61,367 nucleotides of DNA. Origin: Basidiobolus meristosporus CBS 931.73 (taxonomy: Eukaryota > Fungi > Basidiobolomycota). The position numbers and the translations under genes are program-made. The notes under the pieces are model-generated. The model was not told where the DNA came from. It worked only from the letters and a program-made list of their open reading frames with translations, and did not search any database. The DNA lies in contig MCFE01000535.1 in NCBI GenBank assembly GCA_002104905.1, positions 1-61,367 on the forward strand, in the 5' to 3' direction. Positions 49,906 through 61,367 of the stretch are shown here, piece by piece; position 1 is the first letter of the stretch; the number at the start of each line of letters is the position of its first letter.

Positions 49906-52281
49906 AATAGCAGTTCAATGCAATTGCATCATCTTCTCCTAGGCTTTTTTCTCACAGGGATTACTACTGGAGTATTTGGTAGTGATTCACTTTGCACACC
50001 TAAGCTACTTTCTTGTTGACTATCCTCATGGCTACTTGTGTCTTTGTAGTCAGTGTTTTGCCTACTAGTTGATGAGTGCAATGCTGCAGCTTGGCTGTAC
50101 TGAATTGCTCAGGATGATACAACTGAGCTGGCCTGCATTGCTACATGCTGACACATTCTTTTACTTGCCCAAGGCTCTGGTGGTGGAGGCACTTCATGTG
50201 GGTTATAATCTGTCAGTTAACCAGAAGAAACTTGCTGATGGTCAGGTTTAATGGCATGCGCAGACGCAATTTGATGTGCTGGCATGGCCCTTGGCTGAGT
50301 TTGATGTGGTGCTGCTTGTTGATGCAACTTGGCCCACGCCAATGAACTTGTGTCTTCTTGAGCAGTTTGGCAGGTTCTGGTGGTTTTGCTCTGAAGTGTG
50401 AGCGCTGACCCAATATGTGTTGAGTCAATGCAGTGCGCTCTTGTGAAGAGTGTTGGTGTAGTTTGGACTGAAGTGTGCTGGCATGCGAAGTTGCAAGGGA
50501 TGGTAAGGAATCCAGCAAGTTGTGCAGGCGCAATCTAGATGATGTTGCTTGTGGTCTGTATTCCTCCTCTTGAAGCTCACCTTCTGATTCCTCAAGGTAT
50601 TCACTTACCCTCTGTCTAATACTTTGCAACTGTTGCCTGGATGAGTCCTGTGTATATTGCTCTTGGAAGCCACTTAGCTATACTAATATATCACGTAATA
50701 CATTAGTTATTTGAGGCAAAAACTCATTCAAAATCTCTTTGGTTCCCAAAGTCAAGGCACAAACAGACACGTCCAGCCTGTACTGTGCAAATTGCATGCA
50801 AAATTGCTCCTGCGCAGCTTCCTCATCAAATCCCCTCACTCTCAGCTCATTCTTGATTTCAATACTGCCTTGTTACATATCTTCTTACATACATCCACTG
50901 ACATCTTGATGTAGAACTCATGCCACAGCTTTCAACTCAGGTTCTTCTATCTCTGTCAACTCCCCAAGGTATCTAGTTTTGCTAGATTAGTGAGTGCTTG
51001 TGAGCTGGGGGATGGGTTTTATCCGGGTTGAACTAAAGATTAGTTGAGACTTGGTATAGGGACCATGGTGAAGGATTTAGATACTTATACAGTGGTGTAT
51101 TGCATCAACCTGATACATGGCAATTCATGGAGATTTAATCATAAACCATGGAATATCAGATAAATAAAGTTGATTGTACCAAATTAACTCAAATCATCTC
51201 AGCCCAATCCTTTCCAATTTTAATATGACTTACTCATCTGAATGGTCTTTTCTCATCAATCCCATCACTACCACTGGATTTCCTTTTTACACACTAGAGG
51301 TGATCTATACCAAGTACTGTGGTTGATCTACCCCAATCTACTCAAGGAGATCCCTTGTTAAGATTCTCTGCTATTACAAGAACTATTGCCCTTCAAGGTT
51401 TCATCCAACCATCCATGTCAACAAAAGTCCTAGAAGCTTTCATTCTCAGCTGACAGCAATGGAGAACCACCTTGCAGAGGGTATGAATGACTTAGAGCAA
51501 GCTTGGAGTCCTAGGTTTAGAAGCTCCAATAGACTTCCATATCCCAGAGTGTTCAGCAACAGGTTCCATATAGGGAGTATTTTGGATACCTTCCCAGTCA
51601 AGATGAACAGGCCTTCTAGAAGACAGAGGCACTTTTATTCTGGCAAGTACAAGGCACACTGGATGAAGTTTCAAGCACTGTCTGACCTTGAGGGTAACAT
51701 CATCTGGTTTAGTGGGCCATTTGCTGGAAGTGGCATGACAAAGCACTCTGGGTAGAGAATCATCCTGAATTCAGTAGAGGGGAGAAATGTATGGCAGACT
51801 TAACTTATATAGGAGAGGATTGTCAGAAATTAGGATGTATTACAGCTTATAGGAAGCCAAGGAATGGTGTGCTTAGCAGGAAGCAGAAGCTCTACAATGA
51901 GATATTTAATCATTTCAGAGTGAGGGTAGAGCATGCATTTGGATATCTGAAGAGATTCAGCATATTGGCAGGTAAAAACAGAGGAAAGTCATATATAGGT
52001 GAAAACAGCAGAATAGGTAAAATAGTTAAGATATTTATTAATGCACAGTATGTTCATACAAGAAGACATCCTCTGAGAGAAATGTGTCTGGAACATTATG
52101 AAGAGTAAATAAGGCAAGGAAAGCACTACTCTGAGCAACATAAGTAAGATTGAGTAAAATTTCCAGTAACTATAACCTACCACTGGCATGATGGTAAAAA
52201 TTATAGTGCCAGATGGTGCCAGACCAATCCAGCACTATAAACAGGCTGGCACTATGTGACACTATCCAATGGAACAAGTCT
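49906..52281 (+). mobile_element. PHIS-type copy C, lacking its accessory-side end; transposase 51225-52108 with a stop and a 1-bp deletion
   Basis: Reverse-orientation homolog of copy A; ORF pieces 51459-51755 and 51791-52108; TIR ends at 52281. Confidence 0.9.
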
Positions 52282-55200
52282 AATGATTAAATATCTCATT
52301 GTAGAGCTTCTGCTTCCTGCTAAGCACACCATGCCTTGGCTTCCTATAAGCTGTAATACATCCTAATCTCTGACAATCCTCTCCTATATAGGCTAAGTCT
52401 GCCATACATTTCTCCCCTCTACTGAATTCAGGATGATTCTCTACCCAGAGTGCTTTGTCATGCCACTTCCAGCAAATGGCCCACTAAACCAGATGATGTT
52501 ACCCTCAATGTCAGACAGTGCTTGAAACTTCACACAGTGTGCCTTGTACTTGCCAGAATAAAAGTGCCTCTGCCCTCTAGAGGGTCTGTTAATCCTCACT
52601 GGGAAGGTATCCAAAATACTCCTGATATGGAACCTGTTGCTGAACACCCTGGGATATGGAAGTCTATTGGAGCTTCTAAACCTAGGACTCCAAGCTTGCT
52701 CTAAGTAATTCATACCCTCTGCAAGGCGGTTCTCCATTGCTGTCAGCTGAGAATGAAAGCTTCTAGAACTTTTGTTGCTATGGATGGTTGGATGAAACCT
52801 TGAAGGGCAATAGTTCTTGTAATAGCAGAGAAGCTTAACAAGGGATCTCCTTGAGTATATTGGGGTTGATGGTCCACAGTACTTGGAATAGATCTCCTAT
52901 AGTGTGCCAAGAGGAAATCCAATGGTAGTGATGGGATTGATGAGAAAAGACCATTCAGATGAATAAGTCATAATAAAATTGATGGATGATTGCATGGAGG
53001 TGGTTTGAATTGGTTCGGCGCAATCTGCGTTATTTATCTAATTTTTAATACATTATGGTTAAATTTCCATCAATTGCCATGTATCCCATCATTATGTTGC
53101 AAAAATCATCTGCAAACAATGCCTTGGTACTTTTATTGATGCTTTAATCATAGGTCTATAATCAAATAGGAATTCTGCAATTGATGTGATCTGATCCGTG
53201 TCAACGCAATCCAAGATTCATCATGCATTATAGATTTGTTCCATTGTGCCATTGATCATAGTGCCAGAGAGTGCTGTATATTTTGCTATTAATTTGATAT
53301 TTTAGGGTCATATGCATGGCAATTTTGATCCCAAATTGGCACTGTATGGCACCATCTGGCACTCTCTGGCATGATCAGGCACCTTCTGGCATGCTATGGC
53401 ACTATTGGGCACTATGATCAGCTGGAATGATGGAACAAGTCTAATATATGGAAAATTCAACAAACACATTAGTTTTCATATATATCCCATATAAGAGCAG
53501 GATGATGCCAATATACTACTGTATAAGTATCCAAATCCATTGCTATGGTCCCCATACCAAGCCTCAACTCATCTTTAGTACAACCCAGACAAAACACATA
53601 CCCCAGCTCACAAGCACAGTCCGGACCGGAAAAGTCCATGTTGGATCTGTTTGAGTTCTTGCCAAATATTTTTAGTATGGCCCAAGTGTCTATGATGAAC
53701 CTTCATACAGATATTTGGGCACTACTGAGTAATCTAGCAGTACTAGATACCTCAGAGAGTTGACAAAGATGGAAGAATTTGAGTAGAAAGCTGTGGCATG
53801 AGTTCTACATCAAGATGCCAGCCAATGTATGTAAATAGATATATAACAAGACAAGTATTGAAATCAAGAATGAGCTGAGAGTGAGGGGATTTGACAAAAG
53901 AAGCTGTGCGGGAACAATTTTGCGTGCAATTTGCACAGTACGGGCCGGACGCGTCTGTTTGAGCCTCAACTTTTGGAACCAAAGAGACTTTGAATGAGTT
54001 TTTGCCTCAAATGACTAATGTACTACGTGATATATTAGTAGAGCTAGGTGGCTTCCAAGAGCAATATACACAGAGCACATCCAGGCAACAGCTCCAAAGT
54101 ATCAGACAGAGGGTAAGTGAATACCTGGAGAAATCAGATGGTGAGCTTCAGGAGGAAGAATTCAGGCCACAAGGAACATCGTCCAGATTGCATCAGCTTG
54201 CCTTGCTGGATTCCGTACCATCTCTTGCAACCACAGCATGCCGGCGCACATCAGTCTAGACCATGCCAACACTCTTTACCAGAACGCCCTGCATCAAGTC
54301 AACGTGCGTGCTTCAGAGCAAACAACAAGAACCTGTCAAACTGCTCATTTAGACACAAATCCATTGGAGCGGACCAAGTTGCATCAACATGTGGCATCAC
54401 ATTGAACTCAGCCAAGGGCCATCTCAACGTGTCAAGGTGTGCCTGCACGTGCCGTTTTGCCTGACCATCAGCAAGTTACTTCTGGTGAACTGACTGATGA
54501 TGACCAACATGAAGTGCCACAACCACCGGAGCCCTTGACATGTAAAAGAATGTGTCAGCGCGTGGCACTACAGGCCAGTTCAGTTGGTTCAGCTGGAGCA
54601 ATTCAGCGCGGCCAAGCTGCAGCATTGCACTCATCAACAAGGAGGCAAAATACTGACTACAAATACACAAGTAGCCAAGATGATAGTCAGCCAGGAAGTA
54701 GTATAGGTATGCAAAGTGAGTCACTATCAAATTCTTCAGTAGTAATCCCTGTGAGAAAAAAACCCAGGAGAAGATGATGCAATTGCTTTGAATTGCTCAC
54801 CTTTGTAAGGATCCTAACAACCCTTTTTTTTTGCGATCCAAATCAAGCCATTGCAAATCAGTGATCATCAAATTTTTGATATAAGTAATATCAAGGTTGT
54901 CTCACATTTGAGACAGAACCCCTATAAATAAACACCCTGCATATATACATGTCATCTGTAATACCAGTGCAGCTATTGGATCTGTTTAGCACCTACATAA
55001 TTGCTTGCATGCTAGCTATGATACCTTGTCCAATCACTAGGATCAGAGATTTACTTGCTCAATGGGCAAAATGTGATATTTGATGGCAAATCAGGTAGCT
55101 TTTTCAGTAGTCAATGAGCCAATTGAGGGCTGCCAGCTTCAGGATACTTTTGGACCAATTAACCACTGAGACACCGTCCAATTGGAGTGAGGGTAACCAA

Positions 55201-55520
55201 AATGGTAAGTATCAGTGTAGTTCATAGTGTGATACGCATTTATTTCCATTTACATTAAAGAAACATATCCAAATACCGGATTTTACCTACTATAATAGCG
55301 GTATCCAATTGCACATGTGATGCAAACATTACAAGTGGGCCTAATCATTTGTGCCAACCTGATTGTGTCAGATTGTGTCATAGTGTGCAAGATCATCCCA
55401 CATGGTGCAAAGTTGTCTAAGAGTGATCCTGCCTACTGGTAGCTACTATATTGCGCCTGATTGTTCTTAAAGACCGTGGATTGCGCCGCATGCTCTGGCA
55501 CAGTACAATGGAACAAGTCT
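52282..55520 (-). mobile_element. PHIS-type copy D: 5' part of the transposase (52971-52282), accessory gene and terminal TIR
   Basis: The transposase stops at ...LYNEIFNH (AATCATT) against copy C's TIR; the element ends GAACAAGTCT at 55520, followed by ATT. Confidence 0.9.
53232..53442. mobile_element. 211-bp MITE sharing the PHIS-type TIRs, inserted in copy D
   Basis: AGATTTGTTCCATTG...TGGAACAAGTCT. It is absent at the equivalent site of copy A (catgcatAATatatgg, ~47445); flanks read TAT/AAT. Confidence 0.88.
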
Positions 55521-55523
55521 ATT

Positions 55524-56550
55524 GCAAAGCTATACAGTACCACACTCAGTAACAATCAAGCACAAACATATCCAATATATTTGATGGCAAACATAACAAA
55601 CAGCTAAGAAGCAAGGGCTACCTTGAAGGTATGTATGACCATGCCTTTGCCTTGGCACTAATGGATTCTCATTAAATAAGTACTCCACCAGCAAATCCTG
55701 CTGGCCACTGATTCTCACAAATCTGAATCTGCTACCCATCTTACAGTATCAGAGCAATAATCTGATGGTAGTCTCACTGGTATTTGGGCCCAAATCACTG
55801 TCCAACCTGGATAGCTACCTGTATCTATTGCTGGATGAATTTTGTATGCTTTCCAGCAGGATAACAGAAAATGGCCCTCATGTAAAAGCCCATATTGTTA
55901 TCTGCATTGGAGATACCCCAGCCATCAGCAAGATAGTAGGCTTTTCCTGACACAATGGAGAGTATTGCTGTCAAATGTGTGAGATCCAGGGGATTTACTC
56001 CATAACCCACACATATCATTAATACCCAAACACCCGCACTAAGAGAAACATCTTTCTGCAGAGAGAACCTACAGAAGTCAGCATGCAATTGCAGCAAAGT
56101 TGGCAAGCTATGAGCCATCAGTGGGAATATGGAATCAATTGAAATCAGAGATACTCAAGATAGAGGATATCTGTTGGAGCAAAGTTTTCCACTGAGAGCA
56201 ATGCATTTGCTTTTCAACAATATCCCTATACTGATGACCAAGTTGTACATGGGGCATTTCAAGCTAAATGAGCCCTTTGGGATACCAGAAAATTTGAAAG
56301 AATTGGTAAGATATTACAATGTATCTGCTACCCTAAATACTTCTCATAGGCCTCAATCAATATTTGTATGCATACGCAACAATACAAGTACAAAGACTGG
56401 ATGAACTGGATATATATTTATCCAAGTGGCGTTCTAAAGCCATTCCTACCAAGAGTACATTGGACGCATTGGAAGTCATATACCCTATGAAAAATAGTTT
56501 GGTCCTGCAGGTGGATCCAATCTGGATCAGCTGTCAAGATCCAGTTTAGA
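55524..56550 (+). pseudogene. CACTA/EnSpm (Transposase_21-type) transposase remnant
   Basis: NIFDGKHNKQLRSKG, NGF..SCWPLILTNLNLLP, GPKSLSNLDSYLYLLLDEF, GDTPAISKIVGFS*HNGEYCCQMC, SFPLRAMHLLFNN; several stops and frameshifts. Confidence 0.82.
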
Positions 56551-56871
56551 GACCGTCATAATACTAGCAGCTTAGAATTAGTGACCCTCCAAACAATCTT
56601 ATGACAGGATCAAGACAATGTTCTGCTAATTTTGCAACCAAATTAAGGGATAAAACCTGACAATATTTATCAGTGCTGTGAAAATATTTGCATGGTTTTG
56701 TTGCAGTCTTTTATTGCTGTATAACTATTTTAAGTTGATCCAGTTGGCCAGGACATCCAAGTGACTTATGTGGCAAGAAACTTGAAGGTATTTTGATGGT
56801 CTCACAGCAAGACTCTGATGGCATTATAATGGCAGTATGATGGCCTACAGCTGGTTCTGTATAATGCCAAC

Positions 56872-57400
56872 TGTTATGAATAGACACAAGGCAGGAGAGT
56901 AGAGCAAGGCAAGGCAGGACAAGGAAAGGACTTAGGTGTGGATCAACAAGGCAAGACAGATTTCCAAGGCAAGGCTGTTTATTCAAGACCTGTGTTTATC
57001 AGACTGAGGAATACTTAAGGGGGGATAGGACTATATATACTTTTTGGCTATATTGATGCCAAGAGATGTTAGCTAATACTAATGGGGTTGTGGGGTGAGG
57101 CACAGCAATGGTGCTGGGGATAATGACATAGATGACACGGTACTGAGACAGGATGGGGAAATGGATTGGGTCACCTGATCATGTGACTAAGTCATGTGAC
57201 CTGATATTTCCATATATGGTACTGGACTATAAAAAATACGATGGAAAGCTTCCATGGAATGTTCCATTGTGTAACAATGGTTTGGAATGGTCAGGAACTT
57301 TCTGGAAGGTGGTAGAAGGTTCCGGAAGGAATCTCTTAGAAATTGAGCTGGGAAGCTGAAACTTGGCATGGGTGTTCATGGTTGTCATGTGATCATGACA
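56872..57400 (-). repeat. 3' LTR of gypsy copy 2 (529 bp)
   Basis: Reverse complement of the copy 1 LTR (TGTTATGAAT...CATGACA), slightly longer in the GCAAG-repeat region; PPT at 57401-57415. Confidence 0.95.
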
Positions 57401-60400
57401 CTATTCTCCTCTTCCAGGCGGAGCTCTGTTTCCCTTTGGGGCAGGTTTTGCAGGATATTGTTGGTGGAACTGGGTAACTAGTTCTTGACAATTAGTGAGA
57501 TGTGTAGCTGGTTCCCATGTTTGGTCACTTGGGCCATAACCAATCCAGTCTACTAAGTAGTACAGCTTTGACCGGATATACTTGGAGTCTAGAATCTGTT
57601 TAACTTCAAATTCTTGATGTTGGTCAACCTGGATAGCTTGGGGCTTTGCTTCTTGCCGGTTTGGCAATGTGTTCCTACAATACGGCTCCAGGAGGGACAC
57701 ATGGAAAGTATCATGGATTTTCATACTTGCTGGTAACTGTAGCTGATATACTATAGGGCTAAGCTTCTTCTTGATCTTGAAGGGACCAAGTTTCTTGAAA
57801 TCCAACTTGTCACAAGGGCGGTTGGTGCTGATGTTTCTTCTGAGCAACCATACAGAATCTCCTTCATTAAGATCAGGGCTGGGATGCCGTTTTAGATTGG
57901 CAAATTTCTTGTAGCTTTCCTGAGCTAAGGATAGCTCTTCCTTGAGGGTGTTCTGGATGTCCTGGATTGCTTGGGCATGTTCAGCCGCATGTGGGCTCAT
58001 TGGGTTTGTTGGAATCTGGATATCAAACTGAGGGTGGAATCAATAGTTTGCATAGAATGGTGTAAAACCGGTTGCACTATGACTTGAGTTGTTGTAGGCA
58101 AACTCAGCAACAGGGAGTAGATCAACCCAATTGTCTTGCTGGTAATTGATATAGCACCGGAGGTATTGCTCCAGAATCTGGTTGATTCTTTCAGTCTGGC
58201 CATCAGACTGTGGATGGAAGGCAGTAGAGAGCTTGACTTGAACACCAAGGTATTGCATGAAGTGTTTCCAAAACTTGGACACAAACTGTGGGCCTCTATC
58301 TGACACATTATCACTGGGGATACCATGAAGGCGGAAAATATTCTTCAGGACTAAAGCAGCAGTTTCTTTTGCATCAGTGTTCTTACAGCAAGGGATGAAG
58401 TGAGCCATCTTGGTCAGCCGGTCAGCCACTACAAGTATAGCATTGAAGCCACATGACTCAGGGAGGTCAGTAATGAAATCCATAGATATAGATCTCCATT
58501 GGTGTTCTGGGATAGGCAGGGGTTGAAGAAGTCCATAGGGCTGGTGTCTGGCTGGTTTTGCACGGTTGCAAATATCACAAGTCAGAATGTACTCTTTGAT
58601 AAGAGTTATCATTCTAGGCCACCAGAAATCTCTTTTGATAGCATTCAAGGTTTTGGCAGTACCAAAGTGGCCTGCAGCCATTGAATCATGCCGAGACTTA
58701 ATGATGTCTAGCTGGGTGGCAAGGTCTGGGACATAAAGCTGCTGCTTGTGGTAGATGAGGTTGTTTACCAAATGCAGGTTCTGGATGTTTGGGAACTTGG
58801 GAGGGGGCCCAACTGGGGATTCCAGATATTTCTTGATGGTGCTGGAAGTCATATCAGAGGCTTGGGATTCTGATATCCTTACTAGGAATGAAGGGATGAC
58901 AAGACTTGAGGACTGGGTGGCAAGAATCTCAAAATGTTTCTTGCTCAGCAATGGGTGTTCCATTCGCCGACAGGCATCATCTCCCTCTTCCAGGGCATAT
59001 TCCTTTTTTCTGGACAGGGCATCAGGCTTTCCTTGCTTTGCACCAGGTCTATAGGTGATAGTAAAGTCAAAGCTGGACAGGAAGAGTGACCATCTGGCTT
59101 GTCTCCGGTTTAGTACTTTGGAAGTTGTAAAGTACTCAAGGTTCTTATGGTCACAGAAGACTTTGATTTTGTGTTTTGCACCGTCCAGGTAGTGTCTCCA
59201 TTGCTCAAAGGCTACAATGATGGCAAGCAACTCCTTATCATAGATATCATAGTTGATCTCTGCAGGGGAAAACTTCCGAGAGTAGAATGCAATGGGGTGC
59301 AACACATTGTCCTCATCATACTGGGAGAGTATGGCACCAAGGGCAAAATCAGAAGCATCAGTCTCCACTATGAATTGCTTCTCAAGGTCAGGGTGGGCAA
59401 GCAGGGGGGCCTTCAGGAAAGATTTCTTGAGTTGGTTGAATGAGCTGGATTGCTCCTCATTCCAGGCAAAAGGTGTGTTCTTCTGGGTAAGCTTTGTCAG
59501 AGGGGTGACTATCTTGGAGTAGTTGGCTATGAACCTGCGATAGAAGTTGGCAAATCCCAGGAAGGATTGTACTTCCTTGACTGAGCTTGGAGTTTTCCAG
59601 GACTGGACTGAGTCAACTTTCTCTGGGTCCATTCTTGTTCCCTCAGGGCTGATGAGGTAACCCAGAAATTCTACTTCTCTCTGGTCAAATTCACACTTCT
59701 CTAACTTGGCATAGAGACCGGCAGAGTCTAGTTTTCTCAATACTTTCTTGACATGTTCATCATGTTCATCTTGGCTCTTGGAGTATATGAGAATATCATC
59801 AAGGTAGATTACCACAAACTGGTCAAGGTATTCGCGGAATATGTCATTCATGAGGTGTTGAAACACAGCAGGGGCATTGGTGAGGCCAAATGGCATTACT
59901 TTGTACTCAAAGTGACCATATCTTGTGCGAAAGGCAGTTTTCCATTCATCACCAGGCTTGATTCTGACAAGATTGTAAGCTCCTCTCAAGTCTATCTTGG
60001 TGAAGACTTGGGCAGCAGATAGTTGATCCAACAGTGTGTTGATCAGGGGCAGGGGGTAGCGGTTCTTGACTGTGATCTTATTCAAAGCATGGTAGTCCAC
60101 ACACATTCTGAGGGTGCCATCCTTCTTCTTGACAAAGAGGATTGGGGCTCCAGCAGGTGATTTGGAGTGCTGAATAAAACCCTTCTGGAGGTTTTCTTGA
60201 ATATAACCATGGAGTTCTTTCAACTCCGGCTGGGAGAGGTTATATATTGGGCCAAATGGAGGGACTTTTCCATCTTCAAGGTCAATAGGGCAGTCATAAG
60301 GCCAATGGTCAGGGAGGAGTTCTGCATTCTTCTTGTCAAAGACATGGGCAAACTCTTGGTACTTGGCTGGTATAGTTGCTGAGGGGGCTCCTTCAGCTGG

Positions 60401-61367
60401 CAAGGTATCTTGGGCTGTTGAACTGTTGGCAACTGTCTTTTCACGGTTATCAGGGTCTGGAGATTTCATGGAGTTGACTTGGTGGGATCTGGTGAATGAC
60501 AGGATCTTGGATTTCCAATCAATACTTGGATTGTGGTAGCTCAGCCATGAGCTTCCAAGCACAATAGGATAGTGTGGTGAGTTGATGATGTTGAAGGCGA
60601 TTCTTTCTTGGTGGGCAGTACTGGATAGCTGGAGTAAGCATGTTTCATGGGTAACGGCACCAGAGGAGAGTGATCTTCCATCAATAACTTCTACTTGGAC
60701 TGGACAGGATTTCAAGGTAACAGGAATAGAGTGCTTCTGGACAAAGGCTTGGTCAATGAAACAGGATGAAGCACCGGAATCAATCAGGGCTAGGGCTGGG
60801 ACAGGACTGGAGTCAGGGATCTGGATTTTGACAGGCATTCTCAAGGACTGGATAGATTTTGTGGCAAAGGAAGATTCTTGGATATGCTGGATTTTCATGG
60901 GTGGGTCCAGTTGCAAGCCTGTCAGTGCAACTGGACATTGGAGTTTCCCGACAGATCTGGATCAGGTTGGTTGCTGGAGGACTGCATCAGCTTGAAGCTG
61001 GACTTCTTGTTGGGGCAGGACTTGGCAAAGTGACCTGGTTGGCCACAGTATAGACAGAGGTTGGCTTGTTGACGTCTGGACTTTTCACTCTTTGATAGTT
61101 TCCTGTATTTGGCACTATCAATCTGCATAGGATCTTCTGGAGTGACTTGGGGAGCAGGAGGAGCTGGGGTTGCAACAGGAATGTGTCTTTGACGATTCTT
61201 TTGCTTCTTCTGGAATAGTCTGTTATCACACCGGATTGCTTGGTGCATAGCTTCAACCAATGTATCTGGATCTGGGAGTGTGAGTAGCAGATCACAAACC
61301 TCATCATTAAGGCCATCTTGGAATTGGCTTATCAAGGCTGCTTGACCCAGGAGCTGAGGTCACTGGA
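56872..61367 (-). mobile_element. Ty3/gypsy chromovirus copy 2, running off the window end; nearly intact
   Basis: gag 3' part (60922 to the window end), pol 60916-57401 with a single in-frame TGA at 58040-58042, and the same frameshift signal at 60905-60949. Confidence 0.97.

Noticed and set aside
46123-55520. Bacterial IS5 insertion or contamination
   Set aside because: The spliced accessory gene, CpG decay and nesting with eukaryotic TEs indicate a resident eukaryotic element.
1-61367. tRNA, rRNA or CRISPR arrays
   Set aside because: None recognisable by eye; the repeats seen are TE-derived or microsatellite.

Overview
Eukaryotic, intron-rich fungal DNA. The gene set and the DEK-like gene suggest an early-diverging lineage such as Zoopagomycota or Mucoromycota (inference). 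The window has two halves. Bases ~1-35.7 kb are gene-dense and CpG-rich: a 692-aa hypothetical protein, a GPI-anchored Ser-rich protein, DGAT2 (DGA1), LEU5-like and SAM5-like mitochondrial carriers, an Ulp2-type SUMO protease, an ATRX/RAD54L2-like SNF2 ATPase, a two-domain fasciclin, ORM1, a probable Bap31/Yet pseudogene, a Zn2Cys6-PAS factor, a DEK-like/HMG-box protein and a PAF-acetylhydrolase. Bases ~35.7-61.4 kb are a CpG-depleted nest of transposons. It holds a Ty1/copia remnant, a decayed CACTA (Transposase_21) element, two copies of a chromodomain Ty3/gypsy element, and a 9.4-kb self-nested block of a PHIS-type (IS5-like) DNA transposon with AGACTTGTTCCATTG-type TIRs, ATT/AAT target duplications and a matching MITE. 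The gypsy element shows a GGGAAAC plus 11-bp hairpin -1 frameshift signal and an apparent tRNA-independent self-priming PBS. All splice models, alignments and counts were made by eye; no database search was run.
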